Shown: piece by piece, positions 59,251-64,000 of the stretch
Layout: every line of letters starts with the position of its first letter
How positions within the stretch are numbered: position 1 is the stretch's first letter
NCBI GenBank assembly: GCA_965153285.1
Contig: OZ229116.1
Source of the DNA: Podarcis tiliguerta
Lineage: Eukaryota
DNA length: 64,000 nucleotides
Direction: 5' to 3' (one strand)
Translations under genes and position numbers: made by a program
Notes under the pieces: model-generated
The model's database searches: none
What the model saw: only the letters and a program-made list of their open reading frames with translations
What the model was told of the DNA's origin: nothing

Positions 59251-59871
59251 CTATTGCTTACATCTGTGCCTAAGGTGCGAGAATTACATATGCCACTCCT
59301 GATAAATAGCTTGCTAGGCATCACCTTCTTCAGACTTGTGTTTTGACCTGGATAGTTGGAGCAACAGCACGGCCACCCTGCCATCAGCACATTTAAACCC
59401 CCTCTTCTGAAGTTGTGCGCACAAGCAACCAGTGACTTCTTGGGCTTAGCCACACTTCCTTTTGTCCTGCTGCTTCCCCCTGGGAAAGACCTCTATTTAG
59501 CACTCAGTCAGAGCAAACAGCAGTTTGGGTTTCGCCTGAATTGCTGCTTTGTTCCAATCTATCACTGCAGAGCAGGTCTCTTGGAAAAGAGCAGTGCAAG
59601 GGGAAAACTGCTCGGACCTGTGCTTTTTAGGCACGGCACAACTGGAAGTGTGAACAAGCCTTCCTGTGGGGCAACTTCAGCTGCTCCTGTTGCTTAATGC
59701 CCCTCCTTGTTCTTGGAGATAGCAGGGGAGAAAGGCAGAGGAGATTCTAATAGCCCAACTCTCTCTTGAACTGTCTCTTGCAAGTCTGTGCCTTCCTGCA
59801 TCTCTTTTCCTGCCTCTTCTTCTCCCATCTCTAACTGTGTGGACTCTTTCTCTTGCCTCATGGGTGGCACG

Positions 59872-60171
59872 GAAGAAGAAGAAGAAGAAGAAGAAGAAGA
59901 AGAAGAAGAAGAAGAAGAAGAAGAAGAAGAAGAGTTGGATTTGATATCCCGCTTTATCACTACCCTAAGGAGTCTCAAAGCGGCTAACAGTCTCCTTTTC
60001 CCTTCCTCCCCCACAACAAACATTCTGTGAGGTGAGTGGGGCTGAGAGACTTCAGAGAAGCGTGACTGACCCAAGGTCACCCAGCAGCTGCATGTGGAGG
60101 AACGGAGACACGAACCCGGTTCACCAGATTACGAGTCTACCGCTCTTAACCACTACACCACACAGGCTCTC
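59872..60171 (-). mobile_element. Squam3-type SINE with expanded (CTT)20 tail
   Basis: Reverse complement of the same family; (GAA)20 at 59872-59931. Confidence 0.82.
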
Positions 60172-60175
60172 CACA

Positions 60176-60363
60176 CAGAGGTGCCAACTTGAGTAAAATA
60201 TGGGGGGGCAGGTAAGCCCCACCTCACATAATCAATCAAAAGATGCAGTGGTCACACACTGTTTGAATGGCAATGCTCATCAACTGGGGGAGGGGCTCAA
60301 CTATTTTATTGGGGGGGGGAGTTCAACCCCTAGGACCTCAGTCCCTAGGAGTTGGCTTCTATG
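60176..60363. mobile_element. hAT-type MITE, degenerate
   Basis: TIR cagaggtgccaact / rc catagaagccaact; only a partial TSD (ccaca). Confidence 0.5.
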
Positions 60364-60567
60364 GAACCACACAAATCACTGGCCCGTCCCCTAGATCATC
60401 CTCCTGACCCCGTCCCCCCGCTTCCTCTGCCCACCCTTCTGTCTCCTGCCTGTCCCTGACACCACTTGAGGTGTGGCAACAGCTCTGCGCATGTGACCCA
60501 AGACCATGAGTTTGAGAAGATGCATGGCAGGTGGTGGGTAATGGACACAGAGCACCGTGGTATCATA

Positions 60568-60698
60568 NNNNNNNNNNNNNNNNNNNNNNNNNNNNNNNNN
60601 NNNNNNNNNNNNNNNNNNNNNNNNNNNNNNNNNNNNNNNNNNNNNNNNNNNNNNNNNNNNNNNNNNNNNNNNNNNNNNNNNNNNNNNNNNNNNNNNNN
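60568..60698. other. Assembly gap (131 N)
   Basis: Run of N. Confidence 0.99.
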
Positions 60699-61454
60699 AG
60701 TACATAAAAATCTACTCCTGGTTACCACTCCTAAAAGCTTTCTTCATTTTAGCACTGCAATTTTGGGGGGAGAAGGGGAGAAAGAGGGCCAGTTTGTTGC
60801 TGCCATGGTTAAACAGTTGGGTCAAAAATTATTTTCGACCCTCTTCACATTAGTAGATCTCAATCCTTCTGCTTGAAGGAATCCTACAGGAATGGTAATA
60901 ATGCCTAATCATAGATATAAATTGACATACAGCAAAACAAATATCACTGTTCCCCCCCTTGGAGTGAAAGGTAATGCACATTGAGTTTTTAGATGGGGAG
61001 AGAAAAACCTACAGTGATTTCTAACATTGCTAAAATGAATGTTTGGGTCATGCCTTAAACTGGATGAGATGCTAGCTGTCAGCAGTAGTGTCTAAGTTGA
61101 TATAAAACTATTTAATCAATAATGTACTTTTTCATAAATATACTGCTAGCAATTGACAGATTTTTAGAAGATAGCTGGACCCATTCTTATTTTTACAGCC
61201 ATTGCAAAAAACTAAAAATAAAAAGTGCACATTAAAAATTTATAAAAACCACATTTTAAAAACTTTTCACAATAAGTGCTTTCCACAAGTAAAAGTTGTA
61301 CAGTCTGAGATGGTGTTACAATCAAAATGTCAAGATGCATACCAAACCTCTAATAACAAAATGTTTGCTGTTCCTTAAATAAATCTCTCCCTAATCTGGA
61401 ACACCCCTGTAGTATGCTCACATGGCTTCTGCCAGGATGGGGAGAGATCCCCCT

Positions 61455-61655
61455 TATTTATTTATGTTTATATCCCACTTATCCTCCAAGAATGGTGTAC
61501 ATGGTTTTCCTCTTCCTCCATATTTTTATCCTCAAAACAACCCTGTGAGGTAGGTTAAGCTGGGAATGTGACTGGCCCAACATTATGGCTGAGTGGCCAT
61601 AATTTGAAACCTGGTGTCCCAGGTCCTAACTCAACACTCTAATCACTATGACACA
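61455..61655 (-). mobile_element. Old CORE-SINE (Squam3/MIR-like)
   Basis: tttatcctca..aacaaccctgtgaggtagg..gtgactggccca..ctctaatcactatg pattern of MIR-like SINEs on the reverse strand. Confidence 0.6.
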
Positions 61656-61728
61656 CTTGCTCTCTAGATAGGCACAGTGTCTTTGCTTGGATGAGAGGTT
61701 TAGTGGGGAGCTTTCTTCCTGTCACTAA

Positions 61729-61764
61729 GTGTGTGTGTGTGTGTGTGTGTGTGTGAGTGTGTGT
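61729..61764. repeat. (TG)n microsatellite
   Basis: Direct reading. Confidence 0.85.
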
Positions 61765-61793
61765 AAGAGAGAGAGCTGATTTATATCCTGCCT

Positions 61794-61873
61794 TTCTCCC
61801 ATCCAGGCACTGACCAGACTCAAACATACTTAGCTTCAGCAAGTTGATGATCTGAGGTGCTTTCAGACCATAC
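61794..61873 (-). mobile_element. 5S rRNA-derived fragment (5S-SINE head or 5S pseudogene)
   Basis: Reverse complement gaagctaagtatgtttgagtctggtcagtgcctggatgggagaa resembles the 5S internal promoter region GAAGCTAAGCAGGGTCGGGCCTGGTTAGTACTTGGATGGGAGA. Confidence 0.6.
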
Positions 61874-64000
61874 GTTGGAAAGGGGGAAGTGGGACTGAGT
61901 CCACTGGTTCTGCGTCCGGCTCCATTTCATGACCCTGACAGCCTCTGAAAAGGGTGCCTACATATGTACATCTGTGGGTATATAGGTTCTCTATGTTATT
62001 GAAAACCCCAGATGCATAGAGGTTAGGGAGTGTTTGTGTGTGTGTGCACATGTGTGTGTGTGTGTGTGCATAAATGCGTGTGTGTGCCAGTGTTGGAAAT
62101 GGAGCCACCAGGAAACTTCCTGTCCCACCTCGATGTATTTGGTATAAATTTGTGAGGAAATGAGTGATTAGCCCTTGCATGCTTGAATAATTTCCTCAGT
62201 TGCCATTGAAAAAGATGTTCTGATTGATGTGCCCTTAAAACAACTCAAGCAAAGATGGATAATACCAGGTCAGAAATAGCAGAACCAGTAGGCAGAATAT
62301 TCTTTCAAAGCAACGTCTAACAAATATAAGGAAACCTTGCATGAATAATAGTAGCATCAATCAGACTGTGCTGAGTGAAAGGCTAAGATAGCAAGCTTTC
62401 ATATTAATCTCCAATATGAAATTTTCAGGGCAATGCAGCTTATCAGAGGACACAGTTGTTGAAAATATTTTGTATAATGGGTGGGGCATGGGGGAAGAAG
62501 CTTAAACTTTACTCAGTCTGACCTGCTACTGGCTTCTTGGAATGTCTCTGATAAAACAGAGATAATCTTTGATGATTATAAAAGTTACGCTGAAAAGTTA
62601 GTAATCGATGCAAACTTTGTTGAAAAAGGCAGGTGTTGTTGCTGAAATGGGGAAAGAAGAGCCCATCAGAAGATGACAGATTGATGCCTCCGAAATTTCT
62701 GCAGCATCTTCAATAATTCAGTAGAGTGCACCTTTAGCAGACAGAAATCATAATGATAGAAGGAAGGAAAGGAATCTTTTCTACCACCAGCAGGAAAACT
62801 ACAAAAATGAAAAAAGTGCTCTCCTGTGACTCCTGCTCTTAGTGCTGACAAAATGATCTTGGTTTCCTCCTTTATAACAATCTTTTGAGTGCTGAATTCA
62901 TAAGGAACCCATTCCCCGAAATTATGAATCCTTGCTCTGATGGGGTAGATAGTTGAATTACTTAAGATGCAAGCCTCATGAAGTTGTTATGGCATGAACT
63001 TTCATAAAGCAGAGCCCACCATCAGTTGCAGTTCCTGCTTTTGGACTTCCCAAAGGTAATTGGTTGGCCACTGTGAGAAGAGGATGCTGGACTAGATGAG
63101 GCTTTGGCCTGATCCTGCACAGTTCTTCTTTTCTTTTCTAAGTGATGAAGTAATTTTCATCTGGCAGATGTATATACACATAGACCAATCAGAGGCCCCA
63201 CTTGAGTGAAGGAGCCTTAGCCTTATGCATATACATTGGTGCTCACGGGGCCCCTTTGTGCTTCTTTGGAGTGTGTGACTCACCAATGATGTTCAGGATG
63301 TGCAGCTAGCATGCATGATCTCATTTTCCTCTCAAGTATTCCCTGAAGTGTGAGGCGCTTCAGTTGAACTCCTCTACATCATGAGGAACTTGCTGTGCCA
63401 GGTCCCAAAAATATACTTTAGGTTCAAGTCATCAGTGTCCTGAAAAGCTCTAGGGCATTATATTTCTGCTGTAGGAAAGGATAATTGTATCAGAAAAGAG
63501 TAGAAAAGGCTGTGGTTGGTTATAAAAGGGAAAGCAGCCAGGAAAGAGGCGATACGGATCATTGTATTGTTATAATTTAAAATCACCATGACGAGGCCCT
63601 TTGGGACTGAACTTTAAACCCTGGATGTTGCATTTTCAATGCCTGATGTATGCAGTGCCCAGATCTAATTATATGAATGTCACCCCCACAGATTTTACAT
63701 AGCACCCCTCCCCCCTGTTTTTGCATGCCCTAGTTGCAATGAATTGCCTGAGCCAGATTCCCCACAGGCAAGCAGCATTTGTGAATCTGTATAGGCAGGA
63801 AAACTAGGTTCCCTTAGCAACAAGGGCTGCATGAAAGGTTTAAAACAGATCCTTCCATTATTGGAACTATCTTTCTTTGTTGGATCATGAGATATTAACA
63901 GACACTCTAGAAGTGCCCAGGTGCATCAAAAATGAAAGCAGGCTATGCATGTATGCAAAGATGTATGCATATATTTATTTGACAAAGTAGCATCTCCTTT

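Noticed and set aside
59694-60080. Poly-Glu / poly-Ser ORFs
   Set aside because: Translation of the (GAA)20 SINE tail

Overview
Eukaryotic (vertebrate) genomic DNA. The repeat complement (Sauria/Squam1 SINEs, Squam3-type SINEs with (CTT)n tails, BovB/RTE and L2 LINEs) points to a squamate, probably a lacertid lizard; the taxon is an inference. The first 23.4 kb holds the last eight coding exons of ATP6V1H (V-ATPase V1 subunit H, + strand, 706-23044), all with GT-AG boundaries and consistent phases, including a 42-nt version of the alternatively spliced 'KLR..D' cassette exon. The last intron carries an intact, antisense, very young Ty1/copia LTR retrotransposon (15951-21139). It has two 408-bp LTRs that look identical, a CAAAC TSD, a half-tRNAiMet-type PBS, and a single 1425-aa gag-pol ORF that lacks a CCHC knuckle and reads 154 nt into the 3' LTR. 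The remaining ~40 kb has no recognisable host gene. It contains SINEs, LINE fragments, Tc1/mariner and hAT MITEs, an internally deleted BovB/RTE element with both ends and a TSD, two assembly gaps, and solo LTRs (28129-28721, ~29871-30160, 36842-37592). These solo LTRs are almost entirely occupied by an acidic-N/basic-C reading frame upstream of the AATAAA. This candidate LTR-encoded accessory gene, together with the atypical copia element, is the most novel-looking signal in the window.
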